Positions 37,631 through 50,883 are shown, counted from the first letter of the whole stretch. The stretch: DNA of 63,778 nt, filler included, from Reclinomonas americana ATCC 50394 (GCA_048213135.1; 4 parts of 4 records of this genome joined end to end with filler, not necessarily neighbours in it), one strand, 5' to 3'. Program-made: numbers and translations. Notes: generated by a model from the sequence alone, not told the origin.

Positions 37631-38796
37631 GTGCGCCTCGCTGTGAGAGATCTAGAGTTCGATGTGTGATGGTGAATTGATTGGTCAATTGCAATGGATC
37701 AATTTTGGTGAGGCGAGCGTGCGCAACAAGCAACAAACAGGGGAAGCGGTGGCAGCCTTCGTCGCTTGCTAGTAGAGCATGAAACAGGCGATCACGTCGC
37801 GAAGGTGCAAGACCTGAGTTCGAATTCGAGATCGCGATTGAGTCTCCGGTCACAAGGGCGCCGGTCGGCAAACGACGAGCTTTTACAAGCGACATCAGTG
37901 TGGTTTGTTTGTCGACCAGTACCAAGGCGAGCTTGCCCTGAGCTGGTTGTCCCTGGTTTTTGCGAATTCGTCCGCTGCGGATCTGCATCCGTTTTTCAGC
38001 CGATCTCCGCAGACATCGAGGCTCATGCTGCTGCTGGATATGCTCGGAGACTGAGCCTGCTTCTGCTGCCACCCACATGCGGCCTCTGGAGACACGACGG
38101 CACCAGCAACAATTTTCCGATGTCAAATCCGAACACGGACACAAAACCTCGTCGTCTGCCCCGCCGCCAACTCCTTCCTGGCGTCGTATTGACGGAGAGA
38201 GCTGCTCCATTGTAATTTGTGTCGGGGAGACCAAGTTGCAGTGTCACTCGGCGATTCAATTAGATTGATGCTTTGCAAAAACTGGTCGTCGCATGCGCCA
38301 CGTTTCTCTCCGCTGCGTGACAACTGGACCCGCACACCCCCCTCTCGCTCTACCTCGTTCCCGCCGACCTCCATTTCCATCCGGGCCCGCCAGGCCCCCA
38401 CGGTCAGAGGGAGCCGCGCATTCCCTGTGCAGTCAGAAAATCGCCGGAATTTGAGCGGGAAGTTGCGCTGCGCGTGCTTCATGTTCGAATTTCCTGTGCG
38501 TGCCGACATGACACACAGCTCTCACACACGCCACGGCAGTTTTCCAACACACACACGCACACATACATCACCTTCAAAAACAGCACCGGCGTGTGTGCGG
38601 GTGTTTGGTCGAGTCGCGCGCGCGCCAAAAGATCGCGAGCATCGCGCAAGAAGTGTCCGGTCATTGCAGTTTTTTTGTGTGCGTTGAGAGAAGACCAACT
38701 TGTCATCATCAATTCACCCGTCATCATCTCATCATCATCATCATCATCAACATCCGCATCACCAACCACCTCCCCTTGCGCGCCAAAAAAAGCATC

Positions 38797-39471
38797 ATGA
38801 CTGCCTACGCCAACTCGATGGACTTGCTCGGTACGTGTCCATTCTTGTGTGTCCCGAGTGTGCAGCGTCCCAATTCGCACCCCTCACTCTCTTCTCTCTT
38901 GCCCTCCCTCTCTCCTCGCACAGACACCCAGGAAATGTCGGCACACACCGAGTCGGCGCTCTACGCCGCCCTCCGCCCACTCGTCCTGTCGACCTCGACT
39001 CGGCGAAGACCAGTGGCAGCGGCGTCTTCGTCGTCACGGCGCAGCCGCCACAACCACGTTGTTGTTGTGCCGCGTCCCCCGTGCAACTCACCTGTGCCGG
39101 GCGACGACCTGTCGGTGGCTGCCGCCGCCGCACGTGTTGTGTTCCCCACGGTGGAGGATCTGGCCGAGGCACTCCTGGCACACTTGTCCGTGGCCGGTAT
39201 CACACCACCACCCAACACACCACTGTCGCCGCCGACGGCGACTGCTGATGCCCACACTGCGTCATCATCATCGTCGTCGTCGTTGTCGCTGTCCATCTTC
39301 CCGTGTGCGGTGCCGTGTGACACGCCACCGACCGCCGCTGCAGTGGTGTCGCCGATTGCCATTTCACCCTCGTCCAAACTGACGCCAGTTGGGGACGAGT
39401 CGGCGGCCGTGGCCTCGTCGCCACCAGCTGTTCGCATGTCGACCTTGACGGTGGCACCGCGTGCGGCATGA
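38797..39471 (+). CDS. Hypothetical Ser/Pro-rich protein (2 exons)
   Basis: ATG at 38797, GTACGT donor and CAG acceptor in frame, ORF ends TGA. Short helical patch FPTVEDLAEALLAHL; no recognised family. Confidence 0.5.
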   Translation: MTAYANSMDLLGTCPFLCVPSVQRPNSHPSLSSLLPSLSPRTDTQEMSAHTESALYAALRPLVLSTSTRRRPVAAASSSSRRSRHNHVVVVPRPPCNSPVPGDDLSVAAAAARVVFPTVEDLAEALLAHLSVAGITPPPNTPLSPPTATADAHTASSSSSSSLSLSIFPCAVPCDTPPTAAAVVSPIAISPSSKLTPVGDESAAVASSPPAVRMSTLTVAPRAA

Positions 39472-39671
39472 TCTTTTTGTGCCTTCTTTTTTGTATCTAT
39501 ATATGTTATTTGTGTCTGTCAGCTGTTTAAGAGAGGTGGAAAGAGAGCGAGAGGGACGCCTGTGTACGAGTAGCCATGCATGAGAGTGAAACTGCATTGT
39601 TAACCATCACCATCGTCATCCAAGTCACAATCGACGACAACACGACGACAACACGACTATGGTACGAACAA

Positions 39672-41331
39672 CTACTTATGACTCAGCAGCTGATCCACTA
39701 CGGCCTGTGCCTTGGCGGCGCTGATGCCACAGTGAATGCGAATGAAGCCAGTGTTCTTCGGCTCGTTGCCCCAGAACATACTGCCGGGACACACGCCAAC
39801 GCCCTTTTCGAGAGCAGCAATGGTCGCCGCCATGTCCGACTCACGGTGGTGGCGGAACATGCCGTACATGGTTCCCTCTGTCAGAGGAGAGAAGGATGAG
39901 TAGGATGAAAGGAGACTGACAGAAAGATAGCCATACAGACACGAACCAGGCTCAATGGGCTCCCATCCGAGAGCCTCGGCAAACGCCGGTGCCATCAGCT
40001 GCCAGTTGGCACGCATCAAGGCGCCGACAGACGTCGCATGCGCCTCCATGTCGTCGAGGTGCTCCAGGAGGTACTCACCAAAGGGGATCTGCAGCCACGG
40101 CAAGCAAATGTAGATCGGATCGGCCACGCGGAGAATCTGCATCGCACCGCAGTCAGCCTCGTTGCGACATTGACATCAAGCGAAAAACAAAAACCTTGGT
40201 AATGGTCTCGGGATGCGAGATTAGGAACCCCACGCGCCATGATTGCACCGAGAGGCACTTGGAGAAACCGCGCGCCACCACCACATTGCGCGGCGGCATC
40301 TCCTCCTCCGACGAGCCCTTGATGGCGCACGTGTGAGAGTGTCCGTCCCACACCAGATCGGCGTAGCACTCGTCCGCAATAATCAGGCAGTCGTAGGCGC
40401 TGCAGAGGGTCACCAGACGATCGATCTCGTCCTCGCGCCACACTCGGCACGCCGGATTGCTCGGATTGCAGTAGATCAGCACCTGCAAGCCGGCCTTCAG
40501 CTCCGTCTCGATGCGCTCAAAGTCCGGCGCAAAGTCGGCCGTCGACGGCAGGTAGATCGGGTCGGCGCCAAACACGCCGCGGATCTGCAGCAAGTGGTAC
40601 GTGTAGAACGGCTCCACCAGGCTTGCCGCGGAGAGCGCGGTGAGGCACAAGAGCGGAAGAGAATCGAGATTTCGTCGTGGTTCACGTACCCGACGCGTGT
40701 CTTGCCCTCGGACTTGGCATACAGCATGGCCGACACGCATCCGCCAGCCACACCCTGCGCGCCACACACCGACTTGCGCGGCAGACGCATGCCGTAGCGC
40801 TCACGCAGCATGTGCAGCACTCCCTGCAGGTACACCTCGTCGCCGGTACGCGGCCGGTACTGATGAACTGCGTGCCCCGCCACCCCCCCACCTGCAGTGA
40901 GCACACAGACACGAGCAGCTGTGAACACAGACGCAACGAGCATCGCGCAGGCAAGCCTCTGCGCGCGAGTGGTCAGTGAGTGCAGCAGTCGCCTGGGAGT
41001 GATGGATCAATGCACTCACCGCCAGCCAACTGCCGCAGCAGCTTTGGTGGAGGCAGCTCAATGATGCCTTGCGCCACACTCGGCAGTCCCTGTGTGCACA
41101 CGCGCGCGCGCGTGAGTGAACATCTCCCGCTCTCTCTCTGTCTCTGTCCCCCTCACCTGCGCCGCACACCAGTCGTTAATGTCGCGCATCTACAGGTGCA
41201 TGCACGCGTGTGTGAGAGAGTGGCAGAGTGGGGGGGCACGCAGATAAGACACTCACTGTCGGGGAGGGCGGGAGCGTGGACAAGTCGAGCGCGCGCTTTT
41301 CCGACGTGGGTTCACCTGATGCCGAGGACAT
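39672..41331 (-). CDS. PLP-dependent aminotransferase class I/II
   Basis: VAQGIIELPPP, LVEPFYTYH, CNPSNPAC, IIADECYADL, GFSKCLSVQSWRVG (PLP lysine), VCPGSMF...FIRIHCG. Confidence 0.92.
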
Positions 41332-41544
41332 GGTGTGTGGCTGCAATGGAGAGTACGAGTGTATGAAAGAGAGACAGGAAGAAAGCGGAGGGAAAAGGGC
41401 GCACAATGCACGCTTATGATATCAATGTGGGACACCGCGCGGACACACTCTATCTCTCCGTCTGTCTCTCTCACACGCACGCACACACTGTCTGTCAGAG
41501 TGTGCGCGTGTCTTTGTGTGCGCATTCACACACACACACACATC

Positions 41545-43066
41545 ATGCGCAAGACCGCAGTGAGTGGCAATCATGCACTTGCACAGCGTGCAAGTCACGC
41601 GCGTCACACTCCTGCTCCTCCTCCTTCATCATCATCTTCTTCCCCCACTGCATCAACTGTAACTGCAACAGAGGACGGTGCTCTGCAGCACTCACGTGCA
41701 CCGCGTGTGCATGTGGTGCCGCGCGAGGCCCTCTCGCTGAGCATGTGGCTGCGCCCCACTGTGTGGTGGCTGGTGACACGCGTGGTGGCGCTCGCCTGTG
41801 TGTACTTTGCCGTGATGTTCAGGTAAATCCCCTCCATTGTCATTTTCCCATTCTCTCTTGTCCTTGTGCATGACAATCACACAGTTTGCGGTATGTGGCC
41901 TCGCGCGCGGCAATCGCTGGCGATGTGGCGTCCGTGGCATCGTGGCTGGAGTCGAGCAGCTGTGAGTATCTGTGGCCGGATCCGTGCGGAGGCATGTTGT
42001 ACTGGGCGGCGGCGACGAATCAGTCGCAGGTGATGGAGTTGTTGATTGATCAACTGCCGGCCGACGACTTGGCCGAGCGCCTCGACGCCGCCATGATCTA
42101 CGCCGGCTCGCATGGTGACCCGGCCACTGCGCTGGCTCTCATGGCGTATCTGCCGGAATCGGAGTGGGCGACTCGTGTCGACGACTACGGCAACACGTCG
42201 ATCATGTGGGCCATCCGGGCGCAGCAAACCGAGTTGGCGATCAAGCTGATTCGCAAGGCACCGCTGCCGGTGCTGTCGTCTCAGTGCCCGCACCGCTACG
42301 CCGCCATGCATCTTGCGGCGTTCTACGGTCTCGCCACGGTGCTCGACGCGCTGTTGGAGTACCAACCTGCGCCGTATGTGGGCGCCGGAACGTACGAGGG
42401 CGAGACGGTGCTGATGCACGCCTCGTATCGTGGTCACACGGCGATTGTGGAGCGGCTGCTGACGCTGTTGCGTGTGCCAATGGATATCGTGTCAAACACC
42501 GCCACCGGTCACACGGCGTTGCTGCTGGCCACGGCCGCCGGACATGCCGACATTGCATTGGCGCTGATCGATCGCACTCCCGTGATGGATCTCATCTACA
42601 CCAACATGGAGCTGAACTCGCCCGCGATTCTGGCCGCCGCCCGTGGCGACGTGGTGATTATGCGTCGTCTGCTGGAGCGCATCACACCCGAAATCATCGG
42701 CTTGCCCAACTCGAGCGGCAACACCGCCCTCATGGAGGCCCTGGAGTCGCGACACATGGAGGTGGCGCACATGCTGGCCGACATGTGGCCTGGCGAGGTG
42801 CTGCGACAGATCTCCGTCAGGGGCGAGACGGCACTGTCACTGGCCGTGGCCACCGGCGACGTGGCCATGGTCATCAAGTTGTGCGAGAAGCGGGCTGCGG
42901 TGCCACGTCACGTTGCGTGTGGAGGTGGTTGTGTACAGAGTGAGAGGCACAGGCTGATTCATGTGTTTTTTTTCCTGTGCAGTATGGTGAACCGCTGCCA
43001 CCGTTTGTGGAGGAGTTCCTCCTGAAGCACGCGGCGCAGCTGTTTGTCAGTGTGGAGACGACTTGA
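41545..43066 (+). CDS. Ankyrin-repeat protein with N-terminal transmembrane segment
   Basis: Hydrophobic segment VWWLVTRVVALACVYFAVMF in exon 1. Ankyrin motifs GNTSIMWA, GETVLMHASYRGH, GHTALLLATAAGH, GNTALMEA, GETALSLA. Confidence 0.88.
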
Positions 43067-43439
43067 AGAAAAGGGCAAGGGCGGGACCATCAAGTATTAC
43101 ACTGATCGCAGTGAAGGAGGGAACATCAGCAGAACAGTACCGTTCGTAAAAGAGGCATTCATTTGAGGGGTTGAGAGGGGGGGTGGATAAAGAAAAAATT
43201 GATGCCTAGGCCTGTGCCGGGTGCGGTGCCACGAGAGCCACACCTGCAATGCCCGCGTGCACGATTGTGCGCACCAACATGACCAGCGGCACCACGAGCG
43301 TGTAATCGCCATAGCCCATCTCATAACTGCGTCGCTCGCGCGTTTTAGAGGCAGAAGAAAAAGTAGAAGCCGACAATGAGTCACGCAACATGCTGNNNNN
43401 NNNNNNNNNNNNNNNNNNNNNNNNNNNNNNNNNNNNNNN

Positions 43440-43451
43440 TTAATTAATTAA
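43440..43451. other. Artificial scaffold linker
   Basis: TTAATTAATTAA in N padding. Confidence 0.9.
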
Positions 43452-43495
43452 NNNNNNNNNNNNNNNNNNNNNNNNNNNNNNNNNNNNNNNNNNNN

Positions 43496-43927
43496 CACGG
43501 AGATAACAAGCAGTAGGTGTACGTGCCAACAGACGGCGCCGGTTCTGGATCCTGCACGCCATGGCGACTGAGGCGACGTCCTCGGACGTCAACACACAGG
43601 CACGTGAATCCACGCGACACCAGCGCCGCCGCAATAGAAGGCCGGTCGGCGCGCGCCAGTGTGTGATGATTGACCATGAAGGCATGCCCGCAAATGATCA
43701 CACCCAGCGGTCTTGAATTGTGTAAGCACACACCGCACACACGCACACACACTCGCCAACACGCACCTCTCGTTGGCGGGAGCAAACTCGAGCACGTGCA
43801 ACTGACATCCGTCGGGCATGCGGATCAGACTGCATGGATGGTGATGATACGTGTGTGATGAGCGACGATTCAAACTGACAAGACACGCGCGTGCACGCAG
43901 AGGCACGCACGCAGACATGCACGTACA

Positions 43928-43958
<31 letters not shown>

Positions 43959-44946
43959 GCAACTGGTCTTTCGGAACTGCGGGCATGTGCACTGATGAGT
44001 GCCACGCGTTGGCGTCAGAGGTGGTGGTCTCCGCGGTGCCTTTGCTTGAGCGTGGGCGACGACGGCGGCGGCGCATCACCAGCTGCATGNNNNNNNNNNN
44101 NNNNNNNNNNNNNNNNNNNNNNNNNNNNNNNNNNNNNNNNNNNNNNNNNNNNNNNNNNNNNNNNNNNNNNNNNNNNNNNNNNNNNNNNNNNNNNNNNNNN
44201 NNNNNNNNNNNNNNNNNNNNNNNNNNNNNNNNNNNNNNNNNNNNNNNNNNNNNNNNNNNNNNNNNNNNNNNNNNNNNNNNNNNNNNNNNNNNNNNNNNNN
44301 NNNNNNNNNNNNNNNNNNNNNNNNNNNNNNNNNNNNNNNNNNNNNNNNNNNNNNNNNNNNNNNNNNNNNNNNNNNNNNNNNNNNNNNNNNNNNNNNNNNN
44401 NNNNNNNNNNNNNNNNNNNNNNNNNNNNNNNNNNNNNNNNNNNNNNNNNNNNNNNNNNNNNNNNNNNNNNNNNNNNNNNNNNNNNNNNNNNNNNNNNNNN
44501 NNNNNNNNNNNNNNNNNNNNNNNNNNNNNNNNNNNNNNNNNNNNNNNNNNNNNNNNNNNNNNNNNNNNNNNNNNNNNNNNNNNNNNNNNNNNNNNNNNNN
44601 NNNNNNNNNNNNNNNNNNNNNNNNNNNNNNNNNNNNNNNNNNNNNNNNNNNNNNNNNNNNNNNNNNNNNNNNNNNNNNNNNNNNNNNNNNNNNNNNNNNN
44701 NNNNNNNNNNNNNNNNNNNNNNNNNNNNNNNNNNNNNNNNNNNNNNNNNNNNNNNNNNNNNNNNNNNNNNNNNNNNNNNNNNNNNNNNNNNNNNNNNNNN
44801 NNNNNNNNNNNNNNNNNNNNNAAATGAGGGTGCGTGAAGGGGGAGAGAGGAAAGTGAGGAAAGCAGGGGAGCGAGAGACGCAGAATGTGACGCACCACTG
44901 CTATGATCAAGGCCAGCACGGTGGAGAGTGCGATCCACAGCCACAT
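43496..44946 (-). CDS. Alpha/beta-hydrolase with N-terminal signal anchor (partial, gapped)
   Basis: MWLWIALSTVLALIIAVV anchor; IRMPDGCQLHVLEF...GVIICGHAFMVN...LVSRGFTCLCVDVRGRRLS is a typical N-terminal alpha/beta-hydrolase pattern. Catalytic Ser region not visible. Confidence 0.7.
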
Positions 44947-46365
44947 GGTGATCGACTTAACAACACACGCACGCACACACACAACGACACAACACAACGA
45001 AGAGGGCTGAGATTTGGGCGCGAGGGACAACTCCGATGCACTTCACGCGCGGGCCGACAATTACAGGCAAGGCAAACAAGTATACTAGGGCGCAGGCGAT
45101 ATACAGATAACCAAAACAAGCACCGCGGATTGACGCGGTGCACGCGAAACATAACAAAGAAAGGCTGAACCGACAATCCGAACACAGAAGTGATCATGAT
45201 GGCGGGACGATCACACACACCACCAGTGCTGGCAGTGAGCGAGTCCCTCCACTTGGTGAAGTGGCATGCTGGCAAGGGCTATATCTGGTTCCAGACGTGG
45301 GCACTCAGCACCCCTTGTGAGGTGGCTCCCTCGAAGAGATGTTGGAGGTGGGAATCCAAATGCCAGCGTTCGTGGTGGCGAAGGGTGCGTCGATAGCGGC
45401 ATCCAGTTGCGGAAACTCTTGTGGTCTGCGCGCCAACGATGAGACAGAGCTCGAGAGCGCGCGAATTCTAGAATCTCAGCATCTCTTCTCGCACTTGCCA
45501 GGTGACAGGTTTTCTTTTCGTGGTTTCTCTTCCTCTCCTCAAAAGCTCACACAACTGAACTGGACACATGCACACACACATCTTCTCATCTGTGCCCTCG
45601 TGATTCTCTCTCTGTCGCCCTCTTCACTGTTCGCGCGCGCGCGATTTGCTTGCTCTCTTGTCTGGTGAAAAGAATCACTTTCATCGCGCGTGACGTGCAC
45701 AAGAAAACCACGATCCTACAACTGCTGACGTCTTCGCGAGTGCGTCATGGCATCAGAGAGGCGGAAGAGACAAGAGAAGGACATGACTGAGGCGATCGGA
45801 GGTGTGACGAGGGGCGGAACAACAAGGAACGATGATCTACACGCGTTGGTCTCTCTCTCTACAACACACCACGCAGTAGAGAGGTACTGGCGTGTAGGGA
45901 GAGGAAAGGAAGTGCCAGGAACAGGCGCGGAGTGCCTCGAGGTGACATGACTGATCTCCCACTGGCGACACGCCTCGGAGACGCAGCTCTTCGTCTGGGT
46001 TCATGGCCAGAGGGGGAGGTGGTCAGTGGAGAAGTTGGGCGCCTCTTGAGCTTCGTGCTTCGTAGCGGAGTCTTTTCCTTCCTCTCGAAAGTCAGCGAGC
46101 AATGTAAAAACAAGAGAATCAATCGCTTTTGGCAGTTCTGCCTGATTTGTTGACAGGTCTACAGTGCTGTCTCATGTCAGACAGTTGTATCCCTGGCTCT
46201 CCAACGGCAGCACGATGGATATCGATATCGATGGCGTGCTTGGGATATCGGTGCTGTATGACCGCAAATATAACGTTAAGCTGCTGCGACTCTTCATCAA
46301 TTATTCATTACGTTACATTTTCACAAGTCAAAAAACACGCTGTGCATACTATACACACAATCTCA

Positions 46366-46932
46366 CTAGTCACACTCCATGCCCTCGGCAGGCGCCGGCC
46401 ACAGTCCGACAGAGGGTGGCGCCAGCCTCGACTGCGAAGGCACTCGCAGCGCCGACATTACTGGAATACGACGCACAGAGCCGGAGGCCACCGGAAGGGC
46501 CGGAAGCACATCCATCTCGCCGTTGCTGGCAAACTCAGCCATCTCCTCCGGCGCACTTGGCATGGTGGCACGAACCCCGTCGTCGACAAACACAAGCTGA
46601 ACCAGCCGGCTGTAGTCGAAGCCGACAATCACCAACTCCATGAGGACGGAGTAGAGGTTCTGCACGCACAGCATGCAGCATCGGTTCTCGGGGCACTCGG
46701 CGGTGGGCTTCGGGTTGTCTACCGCATGGACACCGTCCTGCGGCTGACACTGCACAATCGCCGGCCTGTTGTCGGCGGTGATGGAGAACATGGCGCCAAA
46801 GCACGTCGGGGAAGGGTACTTGTGCAAGTAGATAATGAGGCGGTTGTTCTCGCGGTCCATCTCCAGGGGCGCCGGCCGAGAGAAGTTGCAGTAGTCCACC
46901 ACGAAAATCTCTGGCTCCCAGTCTCGATACAT
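46366..46932 (-). CDS. Hypothetical protein (probably terminal exon)
   Basis: ~190-codon open frame with host-like codon usage and a globular, Cys-containing composition (ECPENRCCMLC). No family recognised. Confidence 0.55.
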   Translation of the reverse strand: MYRDWEPEIFVVDYCNFSRPAPLEMDRENNRLIIYLHKYPSPTCFGAMFSITADNRPAIVQCQPQDGVHAVDNPKPTAECPENRCCMLCVQNLYSVLMELVIVGFDYSRLVQLVFVDDGVRATMPSAPEEMAEFASNGEMDVLPALPVASGSVRRIPVMSALRVPSQSRLAPPSVGLWPAPAEGMECD

Positions 46933-47807
46933 GGCAGAGGAGTGGAGGGCTAGAAAAGGATGAAAGAGGGGGTGGAGGGGAGGGGTGGAGGGGTGGCGTG
47001 GTTGGCTCAAATCGGAGACTGCATGCCAAATGGAGAGAAGAGCACAATGAAAAATCTGTCAGAACCCTCTTTCCGTGCCCTCTCACCCTCACACACCCAT
47101 ACCCACGCACACGCCCAACGAGTACCGAGAGAGACACGCCCGACAAGCAGAAGAAAAGCAGAGGAACCAACCATCACGTTGTTGTCAGATCTAGAGAGCC
47201 AATGGGTGTTGAATGATCCACGTCACACAGACTCTCTCTCTCTCTCTCACACACCACACTCACACACACTCAGAGAGAGAGAGAGAAAGAGAGCAAGAAA
47301 CACTCTCCCACACAGTCAGAGAGAGCAAGAAAGACACACGTCCATCTGCGTCAAGTTCACATCCATGACATACAACACAAAGAGTTTAAGACCGCGCCTC
47401 TGTCGAGGTTGAGCGGACACTGGCGCAGCAGCAGCAGCAGCAGCNNNNNNNNNNNNNNNNNNNNNNNNNNNNNNNNNNNNNNNNNNNNNNNNNNNNNNNN
47501 NNNNNNNNNNNNNNNNNNNNNNNNNNNNNNNNNNNNNNNNNNNNNNNNNNNNNNNNNNNNNNNNNNNNNNNNNNNNNNNNNNNNNNNNNNNNNNNNNNNN
47601 NNNNNNNNNNNNNNNNNNNNNNNNNNNNNNNNNNNNNNNNNNNNNNNNNNNNNNNNNNNNNNNNNNNNNNNNNNNNNNNNNNNNNNNNNNNNNNNNNNNN
47701 NNNNNNNNNNNNNNNNNNNNNNNNNNNNNNNNNNNNNNNNNNNNNNNNNNNNNNNNNNNNNNNNNNNNNNNNNNNNNNNNNNNNNNNNNNNNNNNNNNNN
47801 NNNNNNN

Positions 47808-47853
<46 letters not shown>

Positions 47854-48006
47854 AGAGAGAGAGAGAGAGACTCCGCTGTGACAAGCCAACAAAAGGTACA
47901 CCACAAGACACAGAGTTTTTCCACCTCCCACACACCTCTTCCCGCGTAAAGGTCAAAGAAGCGAATGAGAGAGACAAATGCCTGTGCGCGAGCGACACAA
48001 CAAACA

Positions 48007-50883
48007 ATGGCCTCGTTGCCGGCGACAAGGTACACACACACACACACACACGCATGTGCTGCTCTCTCCCCATCTCACTCACACACACTCTCACTCTGTG
48101 CAAAACAGTTGGCCGGCGGCCTTCTACTCCTTGGTGTGTGTGGCACTGGGCGATGCACTGGGCGCGCCACTGGAGAACAAGGTGTTCACGGTGCAAGACC
48201 TGGAGGAGCGGTGGCCGCGCGACACGTGAGTTTCTCCGCGCGTGTGCATTGCAGGCGTGTGTGTCACTCATTTGGTGAGTGAGTTGTCCAGTCCGTATCC
48301 CGAGGCGCTGCTGGTGCCTGGCGCGGTGCACACGGATGACACGCAGATGACGCTCACCTTTGTGGAAGTACTGCTCAAGTACGTCGCGCGTGTGCGATTG
48401 ATTGATTGCCATGCATGCATGTTTCGAGTTCCGCTCACACGCACACGCAATGCAGCAATGGGTACTTTGAGACGTCGTATGTCAAGAACGCGTGGCTGCT
48501 GCTGTCGGAGACCGACTGGTTCGCGCAGTGCGGACAGAAGATCGCCGGTCCGTACCAGCTGGGCGGATTTCGCGGCACCGGTGGAAACTTTCGCTGGTGC
48601 GTAGACGAGACGGTGCCTCGTTCTCGCCTTTCCTCTCTCCCATATATACGCGTGTAGGTCAGTCAAGCAGTGGCGTGACAATGGACTGGATGCGTGCGGT
48701 GCACAGAACTCGTTGCGTATCGACCTCCACCCGTCTCCTGTGTGCGTGTTTCGTTGACTTATCGTGTGTCATTCAAGCGGCGGCAATGGCGCTGCGATGC
48801 GTGTGGCACCCCTGTCGTTGTACGCGTACACCATGGCACACGGCGGTCAGCTCACAGTTGCGTTGTTGTTTGCCGCTGTGGCGATTCATGTCTCATGTTT
48901 TTCTCGCGTCGCCAGAATGCAGTGAGCACCCTGCGGCAGATCGTGGCCGACTCGGCACTACTGACGCACACGAGCCTGTTGGGCATCAGTCCGGCGTATG
49001 CCTTGGCACACGCACTCTTGTTGATCCTCGATGAACCGAATCAGGTCCGCGTCACATGTGGCAGCCAGTCACTGTGTGCATGCATTCTCACCTCACCACC
49101 GTGCAGATGTCCAGCAATGCTGCACTGCGCGACACGCCACTGGAGGATCGAGTGCCACTCATTCTAACGCAAATCGCCGATGCGGTGGAGGAGTTCGAGT
49201 CGTTTCTGTGGACTCACGCAGGGTTTCGGGAGTATCGGTGCGTCCAAGCAACGAAATCGTGCCGTGCCAGTTGCGGTGCACTCATCATGTGTGACAGGGA
49301 GGAGAACGAGCAGTGGCGCGGTCGCTACTCGGTGTTCCTGCACAATGTGAGCGCGCACCTCTCCGACGCGCTGGTACAGTGGAGGGAGCATCGGCAGGCG
49401 GATGAGATGGATCGCGCGTATCAGGCGACGTGGGTGCGGGAGGCGCCTCCGACCAACCACGATGTTGCGTGACTGGCGCGAGAAGTAGTGGTGAATGGTG
49501 GGCTTACACTGACGATTGCGCGACAGAGATCAAGCGCCGCGGCAGACAGGCCGCCGTCACCACCTCCTCCTCCAGCGGCACCCGTGCGGCGAGCGGGTGT
49601 GGTGGCACGCGGCGCCGGTGGTGGCACTGACGAACTTGACTCGCTGCTCGATCTGGAGGCTGAGATTGCTGCGGAAAGAGGCGACCAAGATGAGTGGGTA
49701 ACTGTGGCAGTGTCACCCAAGAGGCCAGCTGCGGGGACACAACCACCGCCACCACCACCGCCACCACCACCCGCACGACCAGCTCATGCCGTCAGCACAC
49801 TGGACGATGTCATGCGTCGTGTGGCCGAAGAAATCGAGACCGAGAGTGGCTCCCTCACCGACAGTCAACTCTCTGGGTTTGTGCCGTCTGAGTTACTCGC
49901 GCTGTGACGGCAGCATCTCATTGTGAAACAGTGCATGCGATGGGTTTGCGCCGGCGAGCACGACCACGGCTCTCGTGGCTGGCCTCTTGTTGCGCCAACG
50001 ACCGTTTCTGCATGCATTGCACGTGCTGTACTCCTTTGGCGGTGACACCGACTCGGCGGGGGCCATGGTACGTCGCTGTAAGTGCTGTAAGTGCAAGTGA
50101 GCGTGCTTTCTCAAGAGTGTGATCGCAGGCCGGCATGTTGCTCGGTGCACACTACGGTAACACTGATCGATTTGAGCGAGAGGTGCCCGCGGTACTTGCA
50201 AGGCGCCTTGTGTGCTGCGACGCTCTGTTGGAGGTGTTTTCGCTGTTTGCCAACAGCATTGTGGAGGTCTTGTCGTCGATGCTGCTGAAGTCATTCGTGT
50301 CAGTGAGATTCAACTCAAGAGTCGGATGTGCAGGGAACAATTCCGCTGCGCGACCGCGAAATCAACGCAGTGGAGCTCGAGCGTCAGGTGTCGCTGGAAA
50401 TCATTCGCACACCGGTGAGAACATGATCACTGCGCCGGTTTCCGTTCGGTGCTGTTGTTTGTATTCACCTCTCCTTGCTTGTAGATGCACCTGCGCCCAG
50501 CCAACTATCGCAGCAAGGAGGCAGTGTGGCGGCGCGCCAAGTACGTGGAATGTACGTCGCAAAAAAACACGTTGCCGTGGTCGCCTGTGAGGAGCATTTG
50601 CTTACGCTGTCGCTGGCGCAGATCTGCAGCGCATTGTGCAAGAAGAGTGGGAAGAGATGACGGTGGACGAGGCGGTGCAGTCGTTGGAGGAGGTGTACAC
50701 GCGCGTGTTCACCAACAGCCAGCGATGGCACTTTACGCTCTTGTTCAGCGGTTATGTGCCTTGCCCTGCTTGTTTGATGCACGCTTATGAGATAATCTCA
50801 ATGCCTCACTTGCTTGTATGTGCGTAGAGGACGAGCGACGCGAACTGATTCTAAAGGAGTTTCGACGCCGCTTCGATCTGTAA
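48007..50883 (+). CDS. ADP-ribosylglycohydrolase (ARH/DraG family) with C-terminal extension
   Basis: ALGDALGAPLE, HTDDTQMT, SGGNGAAMRVAP, ALLTH, FGGDTDSAGAMAGMLLGA. About 12 introns with the frame maintained. Confidence 0.92.

Noticed and set aside
38615-38795. E2F-like GCGCGCCAAAA sites upstream of the 38797 gene
   Set aside because: Two short matches in a CG-rich genome with no functional context; insufficient support.
50257-50266. Candidate 10-nt microexon CATTGTGGAG in the ARH gene
   Set aside because: The upstream exon reads through it in frame (…FANSIVE), and a single 66-nt intron explains the junction.
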